A stretch of DNA of 64,000 nt from an uncultured Chloroflexia bacterium (GCA_963757055.1 CAVWPX010000008.1:144298-208297), one strand, 5' to 3'. Shown: positions 30,986 to 42,362, numbered from the stretch's first letter. The notes: generated by a model from the sequence alone, not told the origin. A program made the numbers and translations.

Positions 30986-32578
30986 GAGCCGCCCAGGTGG
31001 AGCGGGAACACCGCGAGCCCGACGGGGTCGCCCTGGGTCATGACCGGGGCGCCGACCCAGTCGGGACGCTGGCCGTCGAGGATGGGCTCGACCGACGCGA
31101 CCGCCTCGTCGCGATCGAGGACGAGCCAGTCGATGTCGTAGGCCCGGGCGACCGCCTCGATCTGGTCGAGCGGGTCGTTGACGAGGACGACGCCGCCCAG
31201 CCCGGTCCAGTACTTGGTGCCCGACGCGTCGATCGACATCACGCGATCGGTGGGCTTGGCGCCGGCCGTCACGAGCGCGTCCGCGATCGTCTCGAACCTG
31301 GCCTGGCGGCCGGCCCAGTCCGCGTGGACGGCGAGGGACCCCGCCACCGTGCACAGGACCGCGAAGCCGATGGCCGCGCCCACGAAGATCCGCGAGGCCT
31401 GGTCCGCGTCCCACGCGGGCCGTCGCCGGGCGATCCAGGCGACCGAGGCGACGATGCCCTCGATCGCGAGGATGTAGGCGTACGGCGCGAGGGCGATCGC
31501 CGAATGGATGAACGTGCCGCCGGGCACGTGCACGGCCGAGACGATCGCGGAGAACGCGAACAGCAGCGCCGTGTAGGCGAAGAACGGCCCGAAGTCGACC
31601 GACCGCCGTCGGAGCCAGCCGCCGATCAGCATGAACGGCGCGAGCACGAACCCCGCGACCAGGGTCGTGAAGATGAGGATGGCCGCGACCAGCCCGTCGA
31701 TGCGGGTGGCGATCAGCGGGCCGATGCCCATGCCGAGCAGGTGCTCGAGCGTCGCCGGGGTGGCGATGCTGTTCCATTCGCCGATGTCGCGGATGAAGAA
31801 GACCTTGCCGGACGCCGTCGACGGCGAGAGCGAGCCGAACACGATCAGCTGACGCGCCCACCACGGCGCCATCACGACCATGAACATCGCGACGCACGCC
31901 ACCGCCGCCCAGATCGGGATGGCCGGCACGCGCGCCCCCGCGGAGCGCCATGCCCGCCAGCGGTCCCACGCGACCGCCAGGCCGAGCGCGGCCAGGACCA
32001 GCAGGCCGTCGTTCCGGGACAGCGTCGCGAGACCCGTCAGCAGGCCGGCGAGGACGAACGACCTCGGTGAGCCCCGCAGCCCGCGGGCGCCCATCCAGAG
32101 CGCCCCGACGACGAGCGGCTGGTAGAGCGAGAAGTTGTCCGGCTGGACGAGGTAGACCGCCGAGAGCAGCGGGATGGCGACGAGGATGCCGGCGCCGACG
32201 GCGACCAGCGCCTCGGGCGCCCGCGTCGCGGGCGATCGCCCAGGTCAGCGGCGCGGCGATCGAGCCGATGATCGCGAAGGGCGCGGCGGCCGCCCACGGC
32301 TGGTCGCCGAAGACCGCGAGGAACGGCACCTGGACCATCGATGCCAGCGGCATCCAGTGGGCGTTGGACGGGATCGGCAGGGTCGGATGGACCGGGATGT
32401 GCCCGCCGACCTCCGGGAAGATCCAGATGAAGTCGATGTTGAAGCCCTGCCCGGCGTGGAGGGCTCGCGCGACGTCCACGTAATAGGACGAATCGGGATA
32501 GGCCGGTGCCGGGAAGTGCCAGATGAGCACCGCCCGGACGGCGAGGGCAAGCCCGTACAGCAGTAGGGGTGTACGCAC
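30982..32578 (-). CDS. Polytopic GT-C-type membrane glycosyltransferase (PMT_2/ArnT-like), paralogue of 29350..30985. The frame is interrupted near 32215-32225.
   Basis: The N-terminal part reads (V)RTPLLLYGLALAVRAVLIWHFPAPAYPDSSYYVDVARALHAGQGFNIDFIW.... After a 1-nt shift it reads ...PEALVAVGAGILVAIPLLSAVYLVQPDNFSLYQPLVVGALWMGARG...LSRNDGLL... (ORF 30982..32094). Confidence 0.68.
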
Positions 32579-32623
32579 GGCCGGTGCAGCGTAGCACCGG
32601 GTCCGTGCGTGACAGACCGGTAC

Positions 32624-33532
32624 TTAGGGGCTATCCGTGGGCGGCGGACGGAGGCTCGGCCAAGGGCCCGGACCGGCCTTGCCGGCGGCCAGCGTGGACA
32701 GCATGTACATCAGCAATCGCGGGCTCGCGACGACCGACAGCGACACGGCCAGGAGCCAGCCGGCGAGCCCCGGAGCCCGGCGCCACGCGACGATCGCGAG
32801 CGCGACGACCAGCGCGAGCCAGAGCAGCGGCGAGAACTGGTACGGCGAGAGGTTGCGCACGTCGCCCACCTGGTCGAGGTCCGGGAACGACAGGTAGGCG
32901 ATGGTGGCCGCGGGCTCGAGGAGGAGGGAGACCAGCCCCAGCACCGCCATCGCGACGACGAAGCGGCCGAGGGCGCCCCAGTCACGACGGCCGATCCAGA
33001 AGACCGCGACGAGGGCGGGGAGCACCTTGAGGTTGGCCGCCAGCGCGACCGCCCACGGGGCACCGACCGCCAGCAGGAACGTGACCGCGACCTGCGCCTG
33101 GCCGACGGCGAGGCTCCACGCGATCGGCGCCGCCAGCCATCCCAGGACGAGCCACGTCCAGCGGTCGCGGGGGCCCATCCGGACGACCGTCATGACCAGG
33201 GCCGCGATCAGCACGGCCTCCCAGATGCGGGCCGCGGTGTCGAAGGGCAGCAGCGCCAGCGGTCGGAAGAGGATGGCCAGCAGGGGCGGGTAGCGGTAGA
33301 AGGACGGGTCGTCGGTCCCGACCGGCTGCTCGTACAGCGGCTGGCCCGCGTTGAGCCGGGCGCCGGCGTCGTAGTAGGCATGGACGTCCGCGAGCGGGTC
33401 GGTCTGGAGATGGACCCGCAGCGTGTCGAACCCGATGAGCGTCCCGAGCCAGGCCGCGGCGATCAGCACGTACCAGATGCGTCGCGGGACCGGTGCGGTG
33501 GTGCCGAACGGGATCCGCGGCCCCGCGATCAT
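32624..33532 (-). CDS. DUF2029/GT87-like (PimE-like) membrane glycosyltransferase.
   Basis: MIAGPRIP...DPLADVHAYYDAGARLNAGQPLYEQ...FYRYPPLLAILFRPLALLP...ANLKVLPALVAVFW. The ATG overlaps the upstream stop (ATGA). Confidence 0.68.
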   Translation of the reverse strand: MIAGPRIPFGTTAPVPRRIWYVLIAAAWLGTLIGFDTLRVHLQTDPLADVHAYYDAGARLNAGQPLYEQPVGTDDPSFYRYPPLLAILFRPLALLPFDTAARIWEAVLIAALVMTVVRMGPRDRWTWLVLGWLAAPIAWSLAVGQAQVAVTFLLAVGAPWAVALAANLKVLPALVAVFWIGRRDWGALGRFVVAMAVLGLVSLLLEPAATIAYLSFPDLDQVGDVRNLSPYQFSPLLWLALVVALAIVAWRRAPGLAGWLLAVSLSVVASPRLLMYMLSTLAAGKAGPGPWPSLRPPPTDSP

Positions 33533-34638
33533 GCGGGGAGGGGCCCGCCGGCGACCGGTTCGCGTGGGACGGGCTCGAAGACGGCGGGCCAGCGGCGGCC
33601 GGCGAGCATGCCCCCGACGACGATGCCGATCCCCAGCCACCAGCCTTCCGCCGTCGCGGTCGAGGTGAGCATCGCGGCGAGGAGCGCGAACTCGAGCCGG
33701 ATGCGGAGCATGGCCGGGAGCAGGAACAGCCCGGTGAAGTCGTGCATGTTCGGGGTCACGACGAGCATCAGCAGCCCGAGCCACGCCCCGGTGTCGGCGC
33801 CGCGCAGGCGGACCGCGATGACGAGCGACGCGATCGTGATGCCCGCGAAGACGGCCGACGGGAGGTACTTGAGCAGGGACGGTCCCATCGCCGGCCACGC
33901 GGGGTCCGAGGCTCGGGCGACCTGTGCCAGCCAGTCGGAGTAGAGCGCGATCCCCACGAGCGGGAGCGTCACGGCGACCACGACGATCCACGGCACGGCG
34001 CCGAGGAGGGCGGCCCGCGGCGAGCGGACGGCGACGGCGAGCCAGGCGTGGATCTGCGTGGCCTTCACGCTGGCGACCGTGGCCGCGTACCAGCCGATCC
34101 TGGGCGTCACCGCCCCGGGTCGCTCCAGGTCGCGTGGCTCCGGGTGCAGGTCATGGCGGTCGGGCGCGCGCCAGAAGGCGGCGACGAACGCCGCGAAGAG
34201 GATCAGCTGGACGTTCGCGCCCCAGATGCTGCCCAGCATCGGCTCCCAGATCAGGACCAGCGGCACGGCCAGCCACGGGATGGCCAGCCGGCGGCAGACC
34301 AGGAGCGCCACGGCCAGGGCGATGCCGGTCCACACGTACCGGACCAGGAGCTCGGGCAGGGCGGTCAGTGGCGCGAGGAAGGGCAGCACGAACGGCGGAT
34401 ACAGGAACGGCGGCAGCACGTCGGGGTTCGTGAAGCCATCCGGCAGGTAGACGACCCCGCCCTCCAGCCAGCGATGGGCGGCGGCGAGCGGGATCGTCGC
34501 GTCGATGGCGACCGGGAACGCGGTCACGATCCGGAGATCGGTCACCAGCGCGACCAGGATCGCCACGGCGAGCAGGACGACGCGGACGATGGTCGTCGTC
34601 CGGGTCCCCGGCCCGAGCGCGACGGCGGTCGATGTCAC
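33529..34638 (-). CDS. Polytopic membrane protein, divergent DUF2029/GT87-like.
   Basis: An intact 369-aa ORF with ...AIDATIPLAAAHRWLEGGVVYLPDGF...FLYPPFVLPFLAPLTALP.... It has about 9-10 predicted TM helices. Confidence 0.55.
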   Translation of the reverse strand: MTSTAVALGPGTRTTTIVRVVLLAVAILVALVTDLRIVTAFPVAIDATIPLAAAHRWLEGGVVYLPDGFTNPDVLPPFLYPPFVLPFLAPLTALPELLVRYVWTGIALAVALLVCRRLAIPWLAVPLVLIWEPMLGSIWGANVQLILFAAFVAAFWRAPDRHDLHPEPRDLERPGAVTPRIGWYAATVASVKATQIHAWLAVAVRSPRAALLGAVPWIVVVAVTLPLVGIALYSDWLAQVARASDPAWPAMGPSLLKYLPSAVFAGITIASLVIAVRLRGADTGAWLGLLMLVVTPNMHDFTGLFLLPAMLRIRLEFALLAAMLTSTATAEGWWLGIGIVVGGMLAGRRWPAVFEPVPREPVAGGPLPA

Positions 34639-34744
34639 ATCCGGAAGTATCGGGGCGGCGCGACGGGCCGCGACGGTACGATGGTCGGGTGTCGATCACG
34701 ATCGAGCCCTGACAGGATCGACGGATGCCCGACCTGATGGACGC

Positions 34745-35561
34745 ATGAGCCCCGCGGCGCGCGCGGCCCGCGATGGCGCCGTGCTGGCCGGCCTGCTCTT
34801 CCTCGCGTATCTCTTCCTCGTGATCGCGCCCGCCGAGCGCACCGTCGGCTTCGACGCCTTCGCCTACTGGAACGTCGACCCGGCCGCGCCGTACCAGGGC
34901 GGGGTCGGGGCGCTCGGCGCCTTCAACTACTCGCCGCCGATCGCGCGGCTGTTCGGCCCGTTCGGGCTGCTCGAGTGGCCGTCGTTCCTGTGGATCTGGA
35001 TGGCGCTCCTGCGTGGGCAACCTGGTCTGGCTGGGCGGTCGCAGCGTGCGCGTGCTCTGGCTCCTGGCGCTGCCGCCGGTCGCCTTCGAGCTCTATCACG
35101 GCAACGTCCACCTGTGGATCGCCTCGGCGATCGTGCTCGGCTTCCGCTACCCGTGGACCTGGGCCTTCGTGCTGCTGACCAAGGTGACGCCCGGGCTCGG
35201 CCTCGTCTGGTTCGCCGCTCGACGGGAGTGGCGCTCGCTCGCGATCGCCCTCGGGGTGACGGCCGCGATCGTCGCGGTCTCGCTGGCGCTCGATCGCCAG
35301 CTCTGGTCCGAGTGGATCTCGTTCCTCTCGGCGACGCCCGAAGGCGGGTCGGTCGCCCAGTTCCAGATCCCGGTGCCGCTCTGGCTGCGCCTGCCGATCG
35401 CGGTCGTGCTCGTCGTGTGGGGCGCCCTGACCGACCGCCGCTGGACGGTCCCGCTGGCGGCGACGCTCGCGCTGCCCGTCCTGTGGATCAGCGGCTTCGC
35501 GATCTGCGCGGCCTGTCTCCCGCTCGCCCGGCGGCAGGCGAGCGGCAAGGCCGTCGCCTAG
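34745..35561 (+). CDS. DUF2029/GT87-like membrane protein. The frame is interrupted near 35005-35015.
   Basis: MSPAARAARDGAVLAGLLFLAYLF...GFDAFAYWNVDPAAPYQ...FNYSPPIARLFGPFGLL continues as ...VGNLVWLGGRS...FRYPWTWAFVLLTKVTPGLGLVWFAARREWR (ORF 35013..35561). Confidence 0.62.
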
Positions 35562-36842
35562 CCGGTCTCCGCGGCCTGGACGGTCGACGGCTGGGCCGGA
35601 CGTGCACTCGCCCCGCAGCCGCCAGGCGAGCCCGATCGCGAACAGGGCCATCACCACGACGGGGACGCGGATCGGCGGACCCTCGACGGCGTTGGCGCTG
35701 ATCCCGTTGGCGATGAGCACGACGAACGTCGCGACGGCCAGGAGCAGCCCGTCCCGCCCGCCCTCGGGCCGCTCGCGCAGGGCCCGGTACGCGATGGCCG
35801 CCGCCGGCACCAGCAGCAGGTCGTCGTGCGGGTTCAGGTGGGCGCTGGTCAGGAGCCCGATCACGATGGTGAGCGCGAAGCGCAGGTCGAAGTCCGGGGT
35901 CGTCGGCGACCACCTGCCGCGCCATAGCCAGGCGACGCCCAGCAGCCCCAGGATCTGGCCGACGAAGGCCAGCCCGTTGATCAGGCCCGCCTGCTCGGCC
36001 GCCCGGTCGGGGCCGATCAGCAGGGTCAGCGTGCCGCGGACGTTCCACATCACCGAGGGCCGGACGCTCAGCTCGTCGAACGTCGACACGTAGCGCGACA
36101 GGAAGCGCAGGTAGTCGCCCCAGATCGCCGGTCCGAGGACGACGGTCGCCAGCACGGCGAGCAGCGCGGCGACCACGAGGCCGACGCCGATCGCGCGCCA
36201 GCGCCGCCCGACGAGGAGCATCACGCCGAGCGTCGCCACCGCCTGGGGCTTGATCGTGGCGAGGACCAGCCACGCGCCGGCCCGTCCGTCATGGGACCGC
36301 CGCAGCGCGAGGTACGCCTCCACGACGGCGACGCAGGCCAGCAGCGAGAACGCCCCCTGCAGGAACGTGATGATCAGCGGCGAGGCCGCCAGCGAGACCG
36401 CGACCAGGGCCACCCGCTCCTCGCGCGTCCAGGTCGCCGCGACCGCGGACCAGAGCCGCCAGACGAGCCACGCCAGCAGGCCGATCTGGATGGCGCCCCA
36501 GACCAGGTAGCTGGTCCCCAGCGGGAGGGCGGCGAGCGGCACGAACGGCACGACCAGGTGCGGCGGGTTGTTGAAGGGGTTGAGCCCGGCTTCGAAGCTG
36601 CGGCCGCCCAGGATCGCCTGCTGCGTGGCCGTCTGCGTCCCGATGTCGTAGAGGTCCGGGCCGTGGCCGTCGGCGACGATCGTCCAGCCCGTGTAGAACG
36701 CGGTGTAGTCGGCCTGCTCGGTGTGGCCGCCCACGATCAGCGCCAGCCACAGCCCGATGTAGACGGCGAACACCGAGAACCCCAGGATCGTGATCGTCAG
36801 CGCCACGCGGCGGCGCGTGGACGACCCCGGCGCAGCCTCCAT
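35558..36842 (-). CDS. DUF2029/GT87-like membrane glycosyltransferase. The 3' end is uncertain.
   Basis: MEAAPGSS...EQADYTAFYTGWTIVADGHGPDLYD...FNNPPHLVVPFVPLAALP...ATIKPQAV.... GGGAGG precedes ATG 36842. The frame runs on antisense to the neighbouring gene unless a 1-nt shift at the GGGG run near 35610 brings the TAG (reverse complement of 35558-35560) into frame. Confidence 0.6.
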
Positions 36843-36924
36843 CCACCCGCCTCCCTGGTGCTCCAATGGCCCGGGCAGCCTAGCAGGACCATCCGACCGC
36901 GACCCGTCCCGTAGACTTCCGCCG

Positions 36925-37731
36925 ATGTCCCTGCCCGCCAGCCTGACCATCGTCCTGCCGGCCTTCGACGAGGAGGCCCGCATCGGCCCGGCGCTCGACG
37001 AGCTGTTCGGCTACCTGCGACGCGGTGGCGAGCGCGCGCGGGACGGGGCGCCCGGCGCGGCCGGCCTCCCCGAGCGGATCGAGGTCCTGGTCGTGGACGA
37101 CGGCAGCACCGATGCCACGGCCGCGCTCGTCGCGGCGCGCGCGGAGGCGCAGGTCCCGGATGACGCGACACCCCGGCTGCGGCTCCTGTCGGTGCCGCAT
37201 GGCGGCAAGGGCGCGGCGGTCCGCAGCGGGATGCTGGCCGCGACCTCGGACCTGATCGTGTTCGCCGACGCGGACATGGCGACGCCGCCCGACCAGCTGC
37301 CGCTCATGGTGACGGCGCTCCAGGATCACGACGTCGCGCTCGGATCGAGGATCCAGCCGGACGGCCACGACATGCGCGCGACCCAGCCGGCCTACCGCCG
37401 GCTGCTCGGCAAGGTCTTCCACGTGCTGGCGTCGATCTGGGTCGTCGGGCCCGTCCAGGACACCCAGTGCGGGTTCAAGGGCTTCACGCGGGCCGCGGCA
37501 CACGACCTCTTCGCGCGGCAGCGGATCACCAGCATCGTCTTCGACGTGGAGCTCATCTACATGGTCCGCCGTCGCGGCTACTCGATGGCGATCGTGCCGA
37601 TCCGCTGGGACGACCGGCGCGGCTCGCGCATGCGCGCCCGCCCGGGCCTCGCCGTCCGGGTCGCCTGGGATCTCTTCCGGATCCCGCTCATCCATCGGCG
37701 GAGCGGACGAGGCGCCGGCCGGCCCGCATGA
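36925..37731 (+). CDS. GT2 polyprenyl-phosphate sugar synthase (Dpm1/Ppm1- or dolichyl-P-glucose synthase-like).
   Basis: LTIVLPAFDEEARIG...VLVVDDGSTDAT...FADADMATP...QCGFKGF.... Confidence 0.85.
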   Translation: MSLPASLTIVLPAFDEEARIGPALDELFGYLRRGGERARDGAPGAAGLPERIEVLVVDDGSTDATAALVAARAEAQVPDDATPRLRLLSVPHGGKGAAVRSGMLAATSDLIVFADADMATPPDQLPLMVTALQDHDVALGSRIQPDGHDMRATQPAYRRLLGKVFHVLASIWVVGPVQDTQCGFKGFTRAAAHDLFARQRITSIVFDVELIYMVRRRGYSMAIVPIRWDDRRGSRMRARPGLAVRVAWDLFRIPLIHRRSGRGAGRPA

Positions 37732-38823
37732 CCGGGGCGATCACCTCCACGAGCCCCGGCCGGCTCGGCCGCGCGGCCCTCCCCATCATCGCCATCCTCG
37801 TCTTCGCCGGCGGGATCGGCGTCGCCCTCGCGGTCGCCGGCGACACGCTCGGCTTCGACTTCCGCGCCTACTACCAGGCGGCGCGCCGCCTGCTCGACGG
37901 CGGCCCGCTGTACATCACCGACTTCACGGCGATCGGGCCGTTCGGGCTGTACCTCTACCCGCCGACCGCGATCCTCCTGGTGCTGCCGCTGGCGCTCCTG
38001 ACCGAGACGACCGCGGTCCTGGCGTGGACCGCGCTGATGGTCGCGGCCTTCGTCGTCGGGGTCCTCGTGCTCCCGGTGTCGCGGACCGTGCGCTGGTGGA
38101 TCGTGCTGCTGGCCGGCCTGTCGTGGCCGTTCGTCTACGCGATCAAGCTCGGCCAGGTCGGGCCGCTGCTCTTCCTGACGTTCGCCGTCGGCTGGCGCTG
38201 GCTGGACGACCCGATCCGCCTCGGCGCCAGCGCCGCGGTCGGCAGCGCCCTCAAGCTGCAGCCCGGGCTCGTCTTCGTCTGGGCGGCGCTCACCGGTCGC
38301 TGGCGGGCGCTGGGCATCGGCGTGGCCATCCTCGCGGCGCTGGCCGTCGTGGCCACCCTGCTGGCCGGACCGTCCGCCTGGCCGGACTTCCTGTCGGTCA
38401 TCCGGACGATCGCCGAGCCGATCACGACCCCGAACAACGTGACCCCGGGCGCGGTCGCCTACCAGGCCGGGCTCTCGACGGAGGTCGCGACGGCCATCCA
38501 GATCGCGAGCGACGTGGCTGCGCTTCATCGCCGTGGTCGTCGCCGCGCGGCGCGCGACCGCCGAGGCCGCCTACCTCGTGACGGTCGTCGCGAGCCAGCT
38601 CCTCTCGCCGGTCCTGTGGAACCACTACGCACTCCTGCTGCTCCTGCCGGTCGCCTATCTGCTGGCCGCCGGACGCTGGTGGGCGCTGGCCATCCCGCTC
38701 GTGACCGCGACGCCGCTCATCGGTCTGACCCCGCTGGCCGCCTACCCGATCGCGTTCTGGGCGACGCTGCTCGCGGTCCTGATCGTCGGGGTCCGCGCGC
38801 GAGCGACGGAGGTCCGCGCGTGA
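37728..38823 (+). CDS. DUF2029/GT87-like membrane glycosyltransferase. The frame is interrupted near 38510-38522.
   Basis: MTGAITS...GFDFRAYYQAARRLLDGGPLYIT...LYLYPPTAILLVLPLALL...ALKLQPGLVFVW... continues as ...LRFIAVVVAARRATAEAAYLVTVVASQLLSPVLWNHYALLLLLP (ORF 38533..38823). The ATG overlaps the GT2 stop (ATGA). Confidence 0.68.
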
Positions 38824-40016
38824 GCCGGCCGGGCCGGGCCACCTCGGTCGGGCTGCTGGTCGTCGCCGTGTCGTTCGTCGTCTACTGGCTGGCCGACCGC
38901 GGCTTCGATGCCGGCCGCGGCGACTTCTTCTACCTCGCCGACGCGTTCCTGCACGGCCGCTCGTGGCTGGACTTCGCGCCCGGGCCGTACGACGTGATCG
39001 TGGTCGGCGACCGGTTCTTCGTGCCCTTCGCGCCGTTCCCGGCCGTCGCCCTCATGCCCCTCGTCGCGCTCATCGGGCCGCTGAGCGCGGACATGTGGGA
39101 GCCGGGCATCAACGCGGCGCTCGCCGCCGCGAGCGTCGGCCTGTGCTGGTGGCTGGTCGGCCGGCTCGGCGTCCGCCGGCTGGTCGACCGCGGCTGGCTG
39201 GTCCTGCTCTTCGGGTTCTCCACCCAGATCCTGTGGGTCACGACCCGCGGCGGCGTCTGGCACACCGGCCACCTCATCGCGACGATCCTGACGCTGGCCT
39301 GCCTGATCGAGCTGTGGGGCCGGAAGCGGGCGTTCCTGATCGGCCTCCTGGCCGGTGCCGCGTTCCTGACCCGGGCGCCCGTCGCGTTCGCGATCCCGTT
39401 CTACGCGCTCCTCCTGCTGCCGTGGCTGGACACGGACGACGCCCCGCGGCGCACGATCCCGTGGCGCGCCTGGGTCCTGCTCGCCGCCGGGGTGCTGCCG
39501 TCGATCGTCGGGTTCTTCGCCTACAACGCGGTCCGGTTCGGCGACCCGCTCGAATCCGGCTATGCGCTCGCCACGCTGCCGCCGTTCCTCGACCAGCTCC
39601 GCCAGGAGGGCCTGTTCTCGCTCTCGCACGTCGGGATGAACCTGCAGTACTTCCTGCTCGACCTGCCACGGCCGATCCGCGACTTCCCGTTCTTCCACCC
39701 GGACGGGCTGGGGATGTCGGTCTTCGTGACGACACCCGGGCTCCTGCTGGCGATCCGCGCCGACTGGCGCGCGGCCCGCAGCTGGCTGCTCCTCGGCGCG
39801 GCCGTCGCCGTCCTCATCCCGACTCTGCTCTACTACGGGGGTGGATGGCTCCAGTTCGGCTACCGCTACTTCCTTGACTCGACGCCGTTCGTCATCGCCC
39901 TCTGCGGGCTGGCGGCGGCGCGGATGGGGCGCATCGGACCGGTCTGGCGCGTGCTGATCGTCTTCGGCGTCATCGTCGAGCTGATGGGCGTCTACTGGGC
40001 GTACAACAACCTGTGA
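38820..40016 (+). CDS. Polytopic membrane protein, putative GT-C glycosyltransferase (family unassigned).
   Basis: VSRPGRATSVGLLVVAVSFVVYWLADRGFDAGRGDFFYLADAFLHGRSWLDF...FVPFAPFPAVALMP...LTRAPVAF.... It is about 398 aa, and its GTG overlaps the upstream stop (GTGA). Confidence 0.55.
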   Translation: MSRPGRATSVGLLVVAVSFVVYWLADRGFDAGRGDFFYLADAFLHGRSWLDFAPGPYDVIVVGDRFFVPFAPFPAVALMPLVALIGPLSADMWEPGINAALAAASVGLCWWLVGRLGVRRLVDRGWLVLLFGFSTQILWVTTRGGVWHTGHLIATILTLACLIELWGRKRAFLIGLLAGAAFLTRAPVAFAIPFYALLLLPWLDTDDAPRRTIPWRAWVLLAAGVLPSIVGFFAYNAVRFGDPLESGYALATLPPFLDQLRQEGLFSLSHVGMNLQYFLLDLPRPIRDFPFFHPDGLGMSVFVTTPGLLLAIRADWRAARSWLLLGAAVAVLIPTLLYYGGGWLQFGYRYFLDSTPFVIALCGLAAARMGRIGPVWRVLIVFGVIVELMGVYWAYNNL

Positions 40017-42343
40017 CCGCCACGACCGCGGTCCGGGGCCGCCCGGCACCGCCCGTCGCCGCGATCCTCGCGGTCTTCGTCCTCTCGGGCGCGGCCGGGC
40101 TCATGTACGAGATCGTCTGGTCGCGCCAGCTCGTCCTGGTCTTCGGCAACACGACCCAGGCCGTCTCCGCGATCCTGACCGGCTTCTTCGGCGGGATGGC
40201 GATCGGGGCCGCGGTCGGCGGCCGCATCGCCGACCGGGTCCGCTCGCCGCTGCGCCTCTACGGCATCCTCGAATGCATCCTCGTCGTCGTCGTCTGGTCA
40301 CGCCGATCTCGTTCGGGCTGATCCGCGAGGTCTATCGCGGCATCTACCCCTCCCTCGAGGGCTCGCCGGCGCTGCTCGCGACCGTCCGCCTCGTCCTGGC
40401 CGTGGCGGCGCTGGCCCCGGCGACCGTCCTGATGGGGGCGACCTTCCCCAGCCTGACGCGCTACCTCACCCGGACCAGCGCGCTCAGCCGGGCGTTCGGC
40501 CGGCTCTACGCCGCGAACACCATCGGGGCGATCGTCGGGACGCTGGCCGCCGGCATGGTCCTCATCGAGCTCCTCGGCCTGTCCGGCGCGCTGGCCGTCG
40601 GCGCGGCCTGCTCCGCCATCGCCGGCGTCACCGCGCTCTGGCTCGCGCGCAGCGGCGGCGGCGAGGAGGGGGCGACGGCGCCCGCGGCCCCGTCGCCCGA
40701 GACCGTCGGAGGACACCCGTCAGGCGGAGCACCGGGCCAGGCTGGTCCGTGCCGGGCTCGTGCCCAGACCGAGGCTCGCGCTCACGATCGCCTTCATCTC
40801 GGGGCTCACGTCGCTCGCCTACCAGGTCACGTGGACCCGGCTCCTCGCGTCCGGGACCGGCAACACCACGTACGTCTTCACGGTGATCCTGGCGACGTTC
40901 CTCACCGGGATCGCGATCGGGGCCCTGCTCTTCAACCTCATCCGCTCCCGGCTCGGGGATCCGCTGCGGCTCCTGGCGCTGAGCCAGGTGGTGGTCGCGG
41001 GGCTGGTGCTGCTCGGCCTCGTGTTCGTGATCGGCCGGCCCGAGGCGCTCGACCCCGGGAAGCCCGATCGCGACGCTGAAGGCCCTGTTCGGCTCGGCGG
41101 TGCTCGTCGTGCTGCCCGTGACGATCGTGCTGGGGATCGCCTTCCCGACGGCGTCGATCCTGCTCCGCGACGAAGCCGGGACGGCCGGCGGCGAGTCGGG
41201 GTCGCTGCTCGCCGTGAACACCACCGGCGCCATCGTCGGGAGCCTGCTCGTGCCGTTCGTGCTGATGCCGACCATCGGCTCGCCGGCGATCATCGTGGTG
41301 CTCGCCATCAGCAACCTCGCCCTCGGGCTGACGCTGGCGGCGCATCTCGCGACCGCGGGCGCTGCCGGCGCTGGCGGTCGGCGCGATGGTCGTGGTCCTC
41401 GTCGGGACGCTCGCCCTCGAACCCCGCGCTGGTCGCCCAGCCGAACGAGGCCTACATCGCCTCGAAGGGCGGACGGCTCTTCGCCTCGACCGAGGACGAG
41501 ATCGCGTCGGTCCAGGCCGGCCAGATCGGCGCGACGCCCGAGCTCTGGGTCGCGGGCACGTCCATGACGCTGCTCACCGTCGACGCCAAGCTCATGCCGA
41601 TCCTGCCGCTGATCGCCCGCCCGGATTCGAAGCGGGCGCTGGTCGTCGCCTTCGGGATGGGGACCGCGTTCCGCGCGGCGCTGATCGCGGGGCTCCGCGC
41701 CGACGTCGTGGAGCTCGTCCCGTCGGTGCCCGACATGTTCGGCTGGTACTACGACGATGCGGCCGCGGTCCTCGCCGATCCGAACGGGCGGGTGATCGTC
41801 ACCGACGGCCGCAACCACCTCGAGCTCTCGACCGAGCACTTCGACATCATCCTCACCGACCCGCCGCCGCCGATCGAGAGCTCGGGCGCGTCGGTGATCT
41901 CGTCGTACGAGTACTACCAGGCAGGCAAGGCCCACCTGACACCGGGCGGGATCATGATGCAGTGGGTCCCCTACGGCGCCCCCGAGTCCGAGTTCAAGGA
42001 GCACCTCCGGACGTTCTCCGCGGTCTACCCGCACGTCACCGTCATCAAGGGCGCGGGCGGCTACGGGGCCTACATGCTCGGGTCCGAGCAGCCGATGTCG
42101 TTCGAGCCGGATGCCATCCGCGAGGTCCTCGCGCGGCCGGGGATCCTCGAGGACATCTCGTCCGCGTACGACTCGCCCGCGACCACGGTCGACGCGTGGA
42201 TCCAGGTCCTGGCGGAGCAGCACTGGCTCGACGACGCGGAGGTCACGGCCTACGCCGGAGACGGGCCGCTGATCACCGACGACCACCCGCGCCCCGAGTA
42301 CTTCCTGTTGCGCCGGCTGTCCGACGGGATCCCCGACCAGTGA
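40013..42343 (+). CDS. Membrane-fused spermidine-synthase-like (class I methyltransferase-fold) protein. The frame is interrupted at least 4 times (near 40290, 40750, 41090 and 41390).
   Basis: Two repeats of the TM module occur: FVLSGAAGLMYEIVWSRQLVLVFGNTTQAVSAILTGFFGG.. and ISGLTSLAYQVTWTRLLASGTGNTTYVFTVILATFLTG... These are followed by the SpeE-like domain ALVVAFGMGTAFRAAL...VELVPSV...VTDGRNHL...FDIILTDPPPP. The pieces lie in ORFs 40013, 40273, 40760 and 41100. Confidence 0.72.
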
Positions 42344-42362
42344 CGACCCCGAACCCGGGTCG

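Noticed and set aside
28199-32578. A 1459-aa ORF that looks like one giant protein.
   Set aside because: It is a composite. Only its C-terminal about 384 aa (the histidine kinase), a middle segment and the first about 120 aa are in the true frames of three different genes. The Arg/Pro/Gly-rich stretches between them are out-of-frame read-through of the two GT-C genes, whose real sequences lie in ORFs 29350..30099 and 30982..32094.
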